A DNA stretch of 64,000 nt from Octopus vulgaris. Taxonomy: Eukaryota. The notes beneath the pieces were generated by a model, which worked only from the letters and a program-made list of their open reading frames with translations, had not been told where the DNA came from and made no database searches. Positions within the stretch are counted from its first letter, which is position 1. Each line of letters begins with the position of its first letter. Positions 12,701 through 27,700 of this stretch are shown piece by piece. Made by a program: the position numbers and the translations under genes. The stretch lies in NCBI GenBank assembly GCA_951406725.2, contig OX597835.1, positions 23,498,001 through 23,562,000 on the forward strand, in the 5' to 3' direction.

Positions 12701-15700
12701 TTCTGGGTTGTTGCAGAAGCAAGTGTACAATCATGTTTATGCCATTGAGTCTCTTCTGTATGGAATCCATAGAATGTTGGGAAATGGAGCTACTATTTTT
12801 GAGACACAGCTGAAGACTATTAAACCCTTTAGCATTTAAACCGGCCATATCCGGCCAAAAGTATTCTGCCTGTTTTATGTTCAAACTGGCCAGATCTGGT
12901 CTCTCACACCAACCCTACAATATCGTTTTAAAAATTAACAGCTACCTCATCAAAATCTCATAGCTACAAGATTAATGGATAAACAATGTGGATAAAGAAG
13001 CATTAACTTTGGCAGAATAATGTGAACACTAAAGGGTTAAAGACCTTTACTTTTGCTTATTGTAGACATTTTCTTAGTCCTTATCCAAATTAACCCTTTA
13101 GTGTTCAGATTATTCTATCAAACATAATGCTTATTGATTCCCATTGATTTGAATTAATCATGCATTATGTCATATCTTTAAGATCTTGATGGTGTAATTA
13201 ATATAGAATAACATTGTAGGGTAGGTGTGAGAGCCTGGATCTGGTCAGTTTGAATATGAAATAGATTAACTATTTTGGCCGGTTTAAATACTAAAGGGTT
13301 AATGTTAGTTTGCACTCTTTTAATGAATTAAAAGGAAAGAGAAAACAACAGTGGACATTGTTTTAAGATGAGTTTGAGAAAAAATGTGGGTCTTGGTCCC
13401 TATTTTGTAATTGTCTCATGCTCTTAATTTACCATCTTTTTACTCCCTAATGGTGGTTTGATTTCTTCATATGGAAATCATTTTCGTATTAATGTCCACA
13501 TTTCTATACTTGCATGGGTCGGACGGAGTTTGAGGTGAGTTTATTGGTATCTCGCTTCAAGCATGTCTCCATAAAATTGGAAATCAATGATACTACTTAT
13601 ATAACAATACCCATTAATATCGTGATTTCAAGACAAGACACATATATGGTATATTTATATACACACACACACATCTTTCTGTTTCTGTCTACCAAATCCA
13701 CTAGTGAGGCCTTGGTATCGATTTGGGTTTTTAGATGTCGGAGATATCTTCTACCTTGGTGATAAGTTATAATCCCCAATTTCTTAAATTGTGAAGTTCA
13801 TTTTCAACCCCCTTGTGTGAACTGGAACCAAGCATGCTGAGCAAATTTTTAAAATCTTTTACTTGTTTCAGTCAATTGGCCCAATTTACAGTATTTTGGA
13901 CAAATCTCTAGATGGAAATAATCCACAATTACTATTTTTAACTCAGCTCTGCTTAGTTGTTTAGTAAACATTCTTTTACTGGAGTTCTTGCTAGAAATGT
14001 GAAATGTTTCTGTATTACTGATCTGAGAGCAAAGGTTCATCTTGACTGCACCTTTATAACTAGGCTAATTAGATTTGAGAAGGATGGACATTTATTTGGA
14101 ATAGTTTTAAGACAAAGGTTTTTCTGTTTTGTAACAAAAACCATTATTATAATCTCTGCTTCTCTTTCATTTTTGATTGCAGACAATTTACATAAAACAG
14201 CAACTGGGAATCACTGGCTGGTTCAGTTTGATTTTGCTTTTGGTCTAAAAATTTAAACTTGTCTAACAGCATGTCTTAACCCTTTACCCATCCAAAGCAT
14301 TTTCACAAGTTTGTCTTAAATGTCCATACTGGTTTTTAGAGCTTTAGTTATTGGAGGTTAATTTGGTGGTGTTGGTGGGTAATATGTGATGTGATGCACA
14401 TAAATGGTTTTTCATACAACTGACACGTTTTTTTCAATACATTACCCACCTCTGTTTACGTACATATATGTAAGCTCTTGTTTCATATGTTGCGTATTAT
14501 AAAGTTTTCTTTTCATAAGTCCCAAGTTATTCTGGTAGTTTAAAAAAATAATTGAAAATGTGAATCCTGATGCATCCAAGGAAATGTACCCTGTTTATAA
14601 ACGAGCCACGAGCTAAATTTTCAAATGAATACTCTTGTGTTGTTGCAGGATCTGATATCTTTCAGTTTAATCATAATGACTCCTACTTGATGCAAGGAAT
14701 TTTGACTAAGCCAGTTCTGGTTTAGAGATGTCTATGAGCAGCTTTGAATTAAACTCTATTAGCCAATCAAACTGCTATGAATTACACTCTATTAGCCAAT
14801 CAAAATTTAAGTGTTGTATCCTGTGTCTACTTTTTCTATTGCTGCTATAATAGGAATATGATATATTGCTATTATAAGCAGTCACAACTGTGACTGCTTA
14901 AAATGCTTACTTCCTAACCAATGTGGCCTCATTCAATCTCGGTGTGTGGCACATTGGGCAAGTGTCTTTTACAAGAGCCCTGGGCCTTGTGAGTGGATTT
15001 GGGCCAGGAAGTGGAAGAAGCCTGTCATGTGTTTACCTTTGACATCACATGATGGTTGTCAATGGGCGTCACTGACATCCATGTTCTGTTCTTAGTCTTC
15101 TGTGAAACATAGGGAAATATTAACTTGCTTGGAAACAGGTGAGGATTGGTAAGTGGATGAATGAACAGTCTCTGTTCTTCAGATATGGCTGGTTGATGCC
15201 ACATCCTTTCGGGCATTCCTAACCCACTCTTGAGGCCCTCATTAATACAACATTCAGTTCTTCCCCCTTCTCCCCTAACATCAGCTTTCTGGAACATCAT
15301 CCTTATTAAGGCCTTTCTTGCAAGTGTTAGCTGGGAATGGTTTGAGAGGAATGTTAATTGCATCAATTGCACCAGTTTTGGAGGGCCTGCAGAGACCATG
15401 GGCACTGTTCCTTCAAGAGCCAACAAGTGTGTGTGTGTGTGTGTGGTGGGGAATGGATATTTGTAAATCGTTGTCATCGATTTATTGTTTATGGAAGTCT
15501 TAAGTCTATGGCAGTAAGTTTGATTCTTCAGAGTTTTCAGACATTTTAAATTTAACTGTATTTGTGACTTGCTAACATTATCGAAGTGGCACTTGAAGAA
15601 AAACTTCTCCAAGATGGAAGTTTCAAGCATGTTTCTTCACTCCTTTGTTCACTGTAAGTCATCATCATCATTTAATGTTCGTGTTCCATGCTAGCATGGG

Positions 15701-18700
15701 TGGGATGGTACCATGAGCTAGCCAGGCCGAAGCCTGCACCAGACTTCTGTGACTGTTTTGGCAGGATTTTTACAGCCAGATGCCCTCCCTAACACCGACT
15801 CAACAGAGTGGACTTAGTGCTTTTTTATGTGGCACAAACACCAGCAAGATCAGTTTTGGCAAGGTTTTTTTACAGCTGGATGCCCTTCCAAATGCCAACC
15901 ACATTATAGTGTGGACTCGGTGCTTTTAAATGTATACATCATTAATATAAGATAAAAATTTAGGGCACTTTAATGCATCTCTATCAATATTCCACACTGT
16001 CTCACTTGTTTGGTTCTTACATTTGGTGAGGCTTTCTGTTCCGTTCTCCAATTTGCTTATTGGACTGCATCTAAGCTAGGACACTACTCCCTTGAGGGGT
16101 TTTAGTTGAACAAATCAACTTCAGTCCTTATTTTAAGTGTGGTTAGAGATATAAACAAACATCAGTTGTCAAGCAGACACGTGCGTTTCCACCCAGTTTA
16201 TTCCTACTAGATCCACCCGAGGTGCTGGTCAGCCTAGGGCTATACAAAAAGACACTTGTCAATCTGCAGTGCAGTTACACTGAACCCCATACCCTGTGTC
16301 TACCAAGCGAATTTTAAACCAAACTGGCTTCTGCCTTTGTAGATATATTCCAAATTTTCACAACACTAGTGCAACCTGAATGGGATTATTCTGTTGGATT
16401 GTACCATACCATTGAGTCCAAACATATTTGGTTAGTAATTTGGTGCTTAGAATTCAGTATATTGTCTTGTGGTTGGTATATATACCATACCTTTAAGAGC
16501 TACCAAAGACTTAGTACTTAAAACTACTCGAGAACAGTGCTTCTAGATTTCCCAGTCTTCTGTAAGCTGTTTCCATGGTAATAAAACATGGCCAACCAAT
16601 AATCTATTTGTTCACATTTATCTTGATGTTCCAATAGTTTTTTTTCTTTTTTCTTAAAATGATTTTCTTTTGTGACAAGTTCGGAGCTGTCTTTTTCATT
16701 AAATAGATTGAATCTGTCCTTGTATATCATTTAGCTGGACTAAATAATTATCAATAGTTCAATCCCACTGCATGGCAACTTGGGCAGTTCTGACAAGCCT
16801 TGAGTAAATTTGGTAGAGGGGAAAGTGCAAAAGCTTGTTTTATACATAGACACACACACACACACGTTTTCTTTGTGATGTCATGATAGTTATAGACAGG
16901 TGTTATTGCCATGCAAGCTGTCATTTCCAGTTATCGGTGAAAGCATATTTGGTTATGGGGAAATATTACTTTGCTTGGAAACAAGTGATGGTTTGGTGAC
17001 AGAATGGGCATCTTACTGTAGAGCATATGCATCAGTGAATTCCATTTGACCCATGCAAGTATGGAAAAGTGTGTACGCTCTCTTGGTTAGATTTTTTTAT
17101 CTATTGTATTGTTTGCTGATTTATGTCAGCATGGCAAATAAACTGAAGGAAGACTAGGTTTTACAAAGATCCTTAATCATCATCGTTTAACGTCTGTTTT
17201 CCCTGCTAGCATGGGTCGGACGGTTCAGCCGGGGTCTGGGAAGCCAGGAGGCTGCACCAGGATCCAGTTTCTACAGCTGGATGCCCTTCCTAATGCCAAC
17301 CACTCCATGAATGTTGTGGGTACTTTTTACGTGCCACCAGCACAGGTGCCAAGGGAGGCTGGCAACGGCCACGATCAGTTGGTGGTTTTTACATGCCACC
17401 GACACGGAAACCAGTCACGGCGGCGCTGGCATCGGCCACGTACGGATGGTGCTTTTTAGGTGCCACCGGCACAGGTCCCAGGGTAGGTTGGCAACGTTCA
17501 CAGTCGGTTGGTGCTTTTTATGTTCCACTGGCATGGAAGCCAGTCAAAGAGATCCATGATTGTCTATGGGTGTGGTACATGAACTGTCTTTAGCAATTTC
17601 ACTTTTTCAAAGATGGTTTTGTGGATTAACTGTTCTTCATCCAAACCTGTTACTTTAGATGCAAAGCTAAAGGCCAAACGATTCAGCAGATAGCTTTTTT
17701 TTTTCCAGTGTAGTTAACAGGAAAAATAGCTTTTGGAGTTTGTTTTAATGAAATAGAATTGTAGAATTTAGTAAAGGACTAAAATTTTATCCATTTTACT
17801 TTTCAGAACCGTTTCGTTTAACCCTTTGGCATTCGCTTTACTCTGTTCATATTGTTCTGGATTAATCCTGCATTATTTCATAGCTTTTGAAGATGTGATT
17901 GTTTATTTTTTAGAGTGATATAAGGTGACAGACAGGATTTGGCTGGTTTGAATATCAAATATTTGGGCCAGATATGGCTGGTTGAAATGTTAATGGATTA
18001 ATGCAGTATTACTTTATAGTCTTCCTAGTAATGTTCTTGTATATAGCTGGAAAGAATTGGTGAGAAATCACTACATTTTACTGTATCTTAAAATATATTT
18101 TCTAACTTTTTCAGCCTGAGCTACTAAAGAAATTATCTGACATCTTAAAACATGGAGGGAATAGTCCAGTGGCCCGTATGCAAGCCGGTCTACAGCTTAA
18201 AAATGCTGTTTATTCCAAGGATCCAGCAATTAAAACCACTTACCAACAGCGATGGCTCCAGTTTAACGAAGAAATACGAGTATATATAAAGAAAAATGTA
18301 AGTTTAAAGTTTCTTTTTCTTATAAATTATGGTCTTGAAATCTTTCAAATAATATTGAGATTGTTTTACATTTGTTTGTGTTGATAGAATATTGGTTTTC
18401 CAAAACTAATATACTGTTTAAACAGACGCCTCTAGATTTTTCTTGGCTATTTTCTGTCAAATTCAGTTTTTCCTAGGTTCCTTTCAAAAATTTTAGCTCT
18501 TGATACAAATCTACACATTTACATTGATATTTTGAAGACAGAAGATGACAGTGGATGCATCCCATCTAATAGGCTGCAACTTAGCTTGGATAGAGAAGAT
18601 TCCTAAGTCTTGGCACAGTAAACTCTGTAGTGCTGGTAGCACAGTAAAATGCACTCTGTCCAGGTCATAAAGTAGCTGGCAATAAGAAGGATATTCAGCT

Positions 18701-21700
18701 ATAAAAAGTACGGCATATGCAAGCGATGTTTTTCTGTTTGGATGAAGAACCATGAAAAGTTGCAAGATGAAACAGATCTAACCCACAACAGGCTGGGGGA
18801 AACTGAATTGGACATAAAATAAGGATTAAATTCCAACTAGACAGATATTATTCATCACACCCTACCATCTTAAATGATGAGCAATGTAAGATAATATAAT
18901 TTATACAGAGGTGGCCACTGTTGGAATATTTATCATAAATCAGCTGGATTAGGGCTGAGCTGAAAATGTTTTAAATTCCTATTTTGAATGCTGCTTTAGT
19001 TAGAAATAGTGTATCTGAGCATTAAAAATTTGAGTTTTCTCTGCTCAAGATTTGGTATCCCTACTCTCACTGCCCTGAGTTGCTCCATCTACCTATATTC
19101 ATTCCACTACAGTCAAATTCCCACCCATTTGTGTGTTTCTGTTGGCTCTTAACTGCAAACTGAACCCCACACGCTGACCACTTGAAGTGCACTGTCTAAA
19201 CTCTGTATTGGTTTAATGTTTTGGCAGGAAGGGCATCCAGCCATAAAAACCATGCCATGATAGGCAACTGGGGTGTGAACAGCCCCCTGTATGCCAGCCA
19301 TATGTCAACTCATCGAACCCATGCCAGCATGGAAAGTGGATGTTAAATGACGACAATTTAGTTGCTTGTATTTTGTTGATAAAGTAATGTTTTGTGGTCA
19401 TTGTTTTCAATGTTATTAATTTAGTGTCTTTTATGTTTCTTGCAGGTTTTGGAGTCATTAGGGACTGAAACCATTCGTCCAAGTTCTGCAGCCCAGTGTG
19501 TGGCATACATTGCTTGTGCTGAACTTCCCCAAGGGTTCTGGCCAGATCTTATTCCTTTGTTAACGCAAAATATTACCAATCCAAACAGTACTGAATTGAT
19601 GAAAGAAGCTACGTTAGAGTCTATTGGTTATATTTGCCAGGATATAGTGAGTTACTTTAATTATTTGTTAACTAAAATACACTCTTTGTTTCAGTTAAAT
19701 TCTAAAATCGAGAACATGGACTAGTTTTAATACGTCTACTAATACTTCACTCACTGAGTGTTGTGTTTAGAACACAACTTCAATAGTAACTTCTTAATAC
19801 CCATTTTATTATTTATTGCAAAACAAAGATGATCTCATTTGGTCATCATATATGTGACCATAGCTTTCTTTTATCCATTCTTTGTTCTGTGTAACAGTTT
19901 GTTTCCTGTTATTTGGAATATTTCAAATAAGAAATTAGATGGGGTGGGGTGGGCACAACAGAAGAGGTCTCAGGGAGTAGCATCCCTGCCTTCCTGAGTT
20001 TTCCACCATATTTCTCAAAAATCATGGTAGAGGGCTTGGTGTCAAGACCATTCATGTTTAGAAACTGAGATTTCTACAGCTCCCTGTAGAAAATCCAGCT
20101 CCAAGAAAGCCTCATGGTAGTAAAGGAGAATGGGCAGCAGCCAGCCTAAAGGTTGGGGTTGGCTGCACCTGCCTATCTCGGTTGCTATGGTATTGAAATA
20201 GATCTGCCACCTGTTAAGGGAGGAGGGGTGATTTAAAACACTTGATGATGATAAGATTTGGAGGGGGGAAAAAAAATTGGGTTTGGCTTCTAAAGAATTT
20301 TGAAGAGAAATTTACTTTATTTCAACATCATTGTTGGAGTTACAATCACTAAGAAAAACTGAAATAGTTAATGCTATCTCCATGTAGCATCAGACATTTT
20401 CTTTGGAAGAACCTTCAAATTTCAGTTCACTATTGTGTGTGAATGTAGTATCCATTAGTTTCAAGTGTAAAAAGTTATAAAAAGAGGAATGTCCCCATGA
20501 ATTTGGGGAAACAAATTTCATTTTATAAGAATGTTGACTGATGTGTAGCGAGTGTTTTTCTCTCATTACTAATGTATGAAATATACATTCGACTCTATTG
20601 TTTCTATAGTTCTATTGAAACACACAATAATGAATTTAGTGAAGTAACATTTAAGCTGGTATTTGAAGCTCAGATTAACATGAATTTTTAATTTAGGTTA
20701 CTTCAAAACTGTATCAAAGAACCAAAGACAATCTTGGGGTAGATTGGTACCAAAAGGGTTAAATATGAATACTTGTAAATGGTATCAGTTTGGTAATTGA
20801 TTTCCACTGGTTTTCGTTTATCGAACACTTTGTAAAATGTGTATTTTATTTGAAATAGAATAATTTTAATTTTTTTAACGCATGTAAACATTTTTTTCCC
20901 CCAGGAGCCAGATATATTGGCATCACAATCTAATGAAATTTTAACAGCAATTGTAAATGGGATGCGCAAAGAAGAATCAAGGTAACTTAATTGATTTTTT
21001 TGGGGTTTGAAATTGTTTAAAGTGGGGCTTGTAATACCTGTTGGCTTTTGTAGAGTTATGTTTTAGAACGATTGAAAATTTCCTGAAGATGTGATCAATG
21101 AGCAGAGCGAATCTTGTTTGGTCGGTATTATATACAGAATTAGTACTTCGATTAGTTTACCAAATAGCTGAACTATCCTAATTGATGCTTTGTGTGTGTG
21201 TGTGCGCGCATGCAAACACACACACATGCACTTATTTATAAGATGCCACTTAGCTTAATTATGAGTATTTGGTTAAGAAACTCATTCTACAAATAGTTTG
21301 GATTCAGTACTACTATGCGATAGAAAAATTGTGCAAACCCATTGTGTAGGTAAACGTTGGTGTTGTGCACTTTCTACATAAAGTGCTTAACTGTAAATGA
21401 AGTTACTTATGTGTCTGTCAAATCATTTGCTGGCTCTGTGCTTCTGAAGATGTATGAAATAAAGATATCCGATAGGGTGGGTGGGGAATATATATGGGTT
21501 AGTGGCGGGTAAAATATCTAGTTGTGAAACAATACTTTATTATTAGCCTAGAAAAACACAAACACTGACAAACAAAATATATGAGCAGTTCTGTTTTCTT
21601 GTAGTCTTATATCTACTGATGTTTATTATCGGATTTTAACAAATGTTTATACTTCATAGCAGCTTGATGCTTTATAGGAATTAATCTTTTCTAAATATAT

Positions 21701-24700
21701 TTAGTTGTAATTTAGTAAAATAGTGTTTATTTTTAATTGGTTCTCCTAACAAACCTGTCTTAGCTCCTCTGCTGCAACTTCTGTCTCATGATAGTCATTG
21801 TAAGTTGCGAAAGACTCAGCATTTTTGAAATACTCCTTAAGAGTTACATTAAACTTTTTTCACTTGAATGCATTTTACAATGGAACTATTTTCAACTTTT
21901 TCAGTAATCATGTTAGATTAGCTGCTACGAATGCTCTGCTGAATTCTTTGGAATTCACAAAGTCAAATTTTGATAAAGATGTAAGTATATAAATATATAT
22001 CATTTACTACTTGTTTCTTTTCTCTTTAATCCTTTAACATTCTGATTTCTCTGTCAAAAGTTTGAATTAGTTGTGCATTATCTTGTTGCTTTGAGATTTC
22101 AATGATGGGATTATTTTTAGAATGACATTGTAGGGTAGGTGTGAAAGGCTGGAGGATATGACCTGTTTAAATGCTAAAAGGTTAAAGTTTTGTATTCTAT
22201 GAAAGATTTACAGTTAAATGAATACTTAACATGTAAAGTGCAACAGGCCATGACCATGGCTGTCGGGCACAGGTCAAGAGGCCACGACCGTGGCCTAGAT
22301 AGATGCATTTAATTTATGAGCATTTGTTGGGGTCTAATGTTACTCAAATACTCAGATACCCACCAGAATGCAAGAGTACTAATATTTCAACTGACTTTTC
22401 AAATGATGTAAAACCATTATATACTAAGATATTTTAACTTTTTTTTTCTGTGTTCTTGGTAGTCTCATTTTCATAAAATGTGCTCAGCAGTCCATGCTAT
22501 GTATGTGCAAATCCCAGTGCTTTATGGATTAAGCATGAGATGGAGATAATATCGTATAGGCTTTCTGTTTTCAGTTCTACCATATATATTATTGTCTTCC
22601 ATACCCAATATTTTATTTTGTCTTGTCAATCATTTATTGAGATTCAATATTTCTCTTTTTTAGTTTGAAAGGCATTTTATCATGCAAGTTGTTTGTGAAG
22701 CTACCCAGTCTACTGATACAAGGGTAAGTAGTGTTATTAAATTGTTGAATACTACTTTACTTCTCATTAAAATATATGGGATAATAAAAGTGTCAAAATG
22801 TTTTTCTTTTCCAGGTTCGTGTTGCTGCCTTGCAATGCTTAGTTAAAATTATGTCCTTATATTATCAATATATGGAACACTACATGGGTCCTGCTCTGTT
22901 TGCTGTGAGTATTAGTTTCAGTTCTTCACTTTTTGTAAATGACATTTGGAAACAAAAAAATTTTTTCCCCTCCATCTTTTCATGTGTAAGTTTGGTTGAC
23001 ACTTTTCCCTTGTTCCGTGTAGATTACGATGGAGGCTATGAAAAGCGAGATAGATGAAGTATCTCTACAAGGAATTGAGTTCTGGTCTACAGTTTGTGAT
23101 GAAGAGGTCGATCTTGCCATAGAACTTTCAGAAGTGAGTATTTGATGTCTTTAACATTGCCCGCTTTTCACCTGACGCTGTAATCTAGGGAAATATTTTT
23201 ACAAACTTTTAATAATTGGCATTAGATAATTGAAATGAGATTATATAGGTATTTAATCTAGTGTTTAGTGTTGAAAAATGTATCTTCTCTATATTTTAAT
23301 TAATTTGATTATGGATCGTCATGTGGTGTCTGTCATGTAAACTTAATGTAAAATATTTTCCTCATCTGTTCGATATAAAACTTAGCACATCTCATTATCA
23401 GGTTGGATCGAGCCCTTATAATTGGTGCTGACCTGTGGGGCACAGAGTTGGCTGTGTGTTTTAAGAAGTTTACTTCAAAGCTACATTGTTCCAAGTTCAC
23501 TCCTATTGTGTAGAAGCCTGTCAAATGGACAGATCCTGTTCTTGGGCAATTAGAATTAAAACATGCCACCTGGTTTTTGGGTAGTTTACCAGAGTCCACT
23601 GTGTTACCAGCATTTGAGCTATGTGTCCGTTTTGAAGATGCCTAGCCAAAACCCCATCCCACCCCACCTCACCTGTCTTTAGCCAAAAGGCCGTGGATGC
23701 TGGTTTTTCCTTCTAGCTGAACCATTAAAAATGGGTGGTTTGGATCCAATCTAAATTAAATGTAAACAGGTATTGCTGAGCTTACTTCCCAACCTTGTGG
23801 TCTTTGGTTCATTCTCCCTGCATGGTACCTTGGGCTCCAGAATGACCAAAGAAAGCTCTGAGTGAATTTGGTAAATGGAAATTGAAAGAAACTCGTGTGT
23901 GTATACTGTTGTTACATAATGGTTGTAAATGAGCATTGTCACGCAAACAAGGTTCGTTTCCATTCTTCTGTGATAAACGTCTGCTCAAGGGGGAAGGTAT
24001 TACCTTGATTGGAAATAGGTGGGGCGTGGTGACAGGAAGGGCATCTGGCTGTAGAAAATCTGCCTCAACAAATTGCATTTCACCCATGCAAGCTCGGGGA
24101 AAATGGACATTAAAAGGACAATGATGATCCATCCTGGATTTTTCACGTATAATAGATCACATTGATTTCGGATTCTCTTAGGATGTGAGGCAACATAAAC
24201 GATCTGATTCACTGGTCTTTGCTGCTATTGTGACCCCTTACTATTATTACATCAACAATAATTGTAGATGGCTTAAACCAAGATTATGCACTAGAATTTT
24301 TGTATTTACTTACTGTTACATTTTATTTCATTAAATGTTCAAATTTTTTTTTTAGGCTGATGAGGAAGGCCGACCTCCCGAAAGGAGCAGTAGGTTTTAT
24401 GCTAAAGGAGCTCTACAGTTCCTCGTTCCAATATTATTGATAACCCTTACAAAACAGGTATATTGAATTTTTTTAATTAAAACAAAATTTTGCTCTTTCG
24501 TTAATGATTTAAAGAAAAAAACCAACAAAATATAAAACCAAATCTTAAACTGCACATATATGTATATATGTGTGTATATATACACGCATACATATGTAAA
24601 TGTGTATTTATGTACATAATGATTAATCATCTTCAAATCCATTTCAAAACAATTGCTTGCATTAATTTTTTTGCCCCATATCGATTGAGATTAATTCTTC

Positions 24701-27700
24701 TACCATTCTTATTAGTAATAAATGTTCTAAATTTTTACTCAACCATTTTACTTTTATTCATCACATACCAAATTATTTTTAGATTCTTATGAATATATAT
24801 ATATATATATTACATATTATATATTTATCATTGATTAGTTACTAGGCCAGTTAATTTTGTTGGTTAGATGGTACAGTATTGCTTCAGATGAGAATGAAAC
24901 TGATTAAGGCATGAGTGAATTCTTCTCTTTGAGAGTCTTCCACTATATGTTTGCTGTTGTGTGTGTTTGCAGGAAGAGTTTGATGATGATGAGTGGAACC
25001 CATGTAAGGCAGCTGGTGTGTGTTTGATGCTGATGGCCACATGCTGTGAAGATGACGTTGTAGGTCATGTACTTCCTTTTGTCAAGGAACATATTGTCCA
25101 TACAGATTGGCGCTTTAGAGATGCTGCTGTTATGGCATTTGGTAGGCATTCATTTATCATTGATAACTTCAAGACAGTTTTTTTTTCTCTTTTTTTTTAA
25201 TTCATGGATTTAACTACATTGTAATTAATATTGTTGACAGTTAATTATAGATATTTAAATCTTGTTTGTTTTTTTTTTTCTAACCTTCAATTAGAATAAA
25301 ATGTAAGCTGTGACAAGTGGAGATAAAGTAATGGGTATTTTGTCAGTGGTTTTGTGGTATATTCATGGTGAACTGGAACCTATCATTTAATTAGAATTCA
25401 GTAGAATATCATACTTTGTGCCATGTCACAGATGCCTCTGCCAATATCAGAAAAGCCATGAATTTTGGGTAAACATACAGTAGTGGATTTTCCCCATTTC
25501 CATCTACTGGTGTATTTAGTTTACTCTTCTAGTTTCTTGCACTGAGATGACTTCTTGAGGCACAGGACTTGTTTGACCCCTAAGCTGAATAACTGTACAT
25601 ACACTCGTGGGCCGTGTGACATGTTAAGGGGCCAGCCCTCCAAGCACTGCATTCTTTAATCAGTGGATCATTTTTCACTATTGAGACCTTTGGCAGGTAC
25701 TACTCTTCTGGTTCAGATCACATTTGGGGGGTAGTGTTGCCTAAAGTGTTACCACATACTCCTGAACTCCCCAGGTGGAACCTTATCACTAGATGCTTGC
25801 TGTTTAATGTCTTGCACAGGAAGTCTTATAAGTGTTTGTTGCAACTGATACAGCAGCACATTCTTGGACCAAGTCTGGCATTTTTGGTTCCATCTGTCTA
25901 CTTGCTTCATTCTTATTCACCCAAGAACTGTTTTACATTCTTATCCTAAAAAGAATAAAGTTCAGCAACACCATAATTCCCCAAAAATGGTGCTAAAATT
26001 CCTGTTTTCTTCTAATTACAAGTACTTAAATGCAGGCATTAATTTGCCTTTGTACAAGCCATTTTTCCTGCTTAATTTCAAAAATCCCTTTTGCAAATTG
26101 GAAACCTTTTAGAGGTCTCCCACATTGTTTTTACTATAGGAATTGGTTAGAAATCAAAATAATTGTACTGCACTTGATTTTATTTTTCTATGATTTTATA
26201 ATCTTCCCATTACATTTACAGTTTTCATTCTACTTTTACAACCATATCCAGGTTTCTGGAAATCTTTTCATAATAGCTAATCTATTGTCTCCTGATGATA
26301 ACCAGGGTGGTTGGCATTGGTAAAGGCATTTCTTTGGATACTGTATAATTTAACACCTTGTTTAAATGGGTTTTTGCTATATCGTAATTGAAACAGGTTC
26401 ATTCTAGGTTGTCTAGAACAATGCCACTACTATCACAGCTCTTACCATTATTTTGCCTCATAAAGATAAATTACATGAAATAGACCATTTTTTTCTAACC
26501 AGCTCTGATGTGCAGATGTTTGGCAATGGGGCGGTAATTGGTAATCAAAAAAAAAATTATTTTAAAGAATGTCTTTCAGTTCTTTCACTTCTAATAACAT
26601 TCACAATATCTTAACCTTAAGCTGGTTACAATTGTAGTTCATAATAGATTTACCTGGCTCAGGTAATAAGTAAAATCATCTGGTGAGAATGTAAACAGAA
26701 AGACAAAATCCTTTTGAATCCTACTTCTGTTGGCTGATTTTACTGATTTATTTTTGATTATTTTGTAGGATCTATCCTGGAAGGACCTGACCGCAATAAG
26801 CTGAAGCCTATCGTTGAACAAGCCATGCCAATGTTGATAAATTTGCTAAAGGACCGCAGTGTCGTAGTGCGAGACACTACAGCGTGGGCAGTTGGACGAG
26901 TGTGTGAAATCTTACCTGAAGCCGTTATTAACGATACCTGTCTGCCGCCACTCTTAGAAGCTTTGGTACAAGGACTTGAGGCTGAGCCACGTGTTGCACA
27001 CAATGTTTGCTGGGTTAGTAGGTGTAGGAGTTTTTCAATTCTAAAAAAAAAAATGCAACAAACAATAAAAAAAACCACTGGCTAAATATCTTATGCTTTC
27101 ACATGTATTAACTTGATGAATATATCTGTTACAGGCTATATCTGGTTTGGCAGAAGCAGCATACGAAATAGCTGCAGATACTGCTGAAGAGAATGTCGAG
27201 CCTGAAATGTATTGTCTTTCGTATTATTTTGATGGTATTGTTACCAAACTTTTGGAAACAACTGACAGGTAATTCACTGATAACTTTACAACCCCCCCCG
27301 CCCCCCATACACACACACATACATACATACATACACACAATTTGGCCTAATTTCTTGTTGTGTAGACTAATTCAGCTCAACCACTGCTGACCTAGGCTAA
27401 GCAAATATCCCAACTTTGACTGTCCCATTTTTGTATCCTTTTCACTGCAATGTTTGTGTTGTGTTATAAAATAGTATGGTTGGGTTTGACAATTGCACTT
27501 CACCGTTTAGCATTCAGATTATTCTGTCAAATGTAATGCTTATTTATTCACATTGTTTTGAATTCATCATGCATTACCTCATAGTTTTGAGATTTTGATG
27601 ATCTTATTTGCTTATTTTGACATTGTTGGGTAGATTTGAGAGGCTGGATTTAGCCAGATTATCAATAAAAGACTATTTGGGCCTGATAGGGCCAGTTTGA

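Noticed and set aside
14744-14805. Doubled tgaatta.actctattagccaatcaaa containing two CCAAT motifs
   Set aside because: Short local duplication deep in an intron with no other promoter evidence.
14875-14900. Perfect 12-bp-arm palindrome taagcagtcaca-ac-tgtgactgctta
   Set aside because: Too short to assign a function; it sits at the head of a decayed SINE.
15025-15630. Longest ORF in the track (201 aa, - strand)
   Set aside because: Runs through a (CA)n microsatellite and SINE fragments, shows no recognisable domain, and is antisense within an intron.
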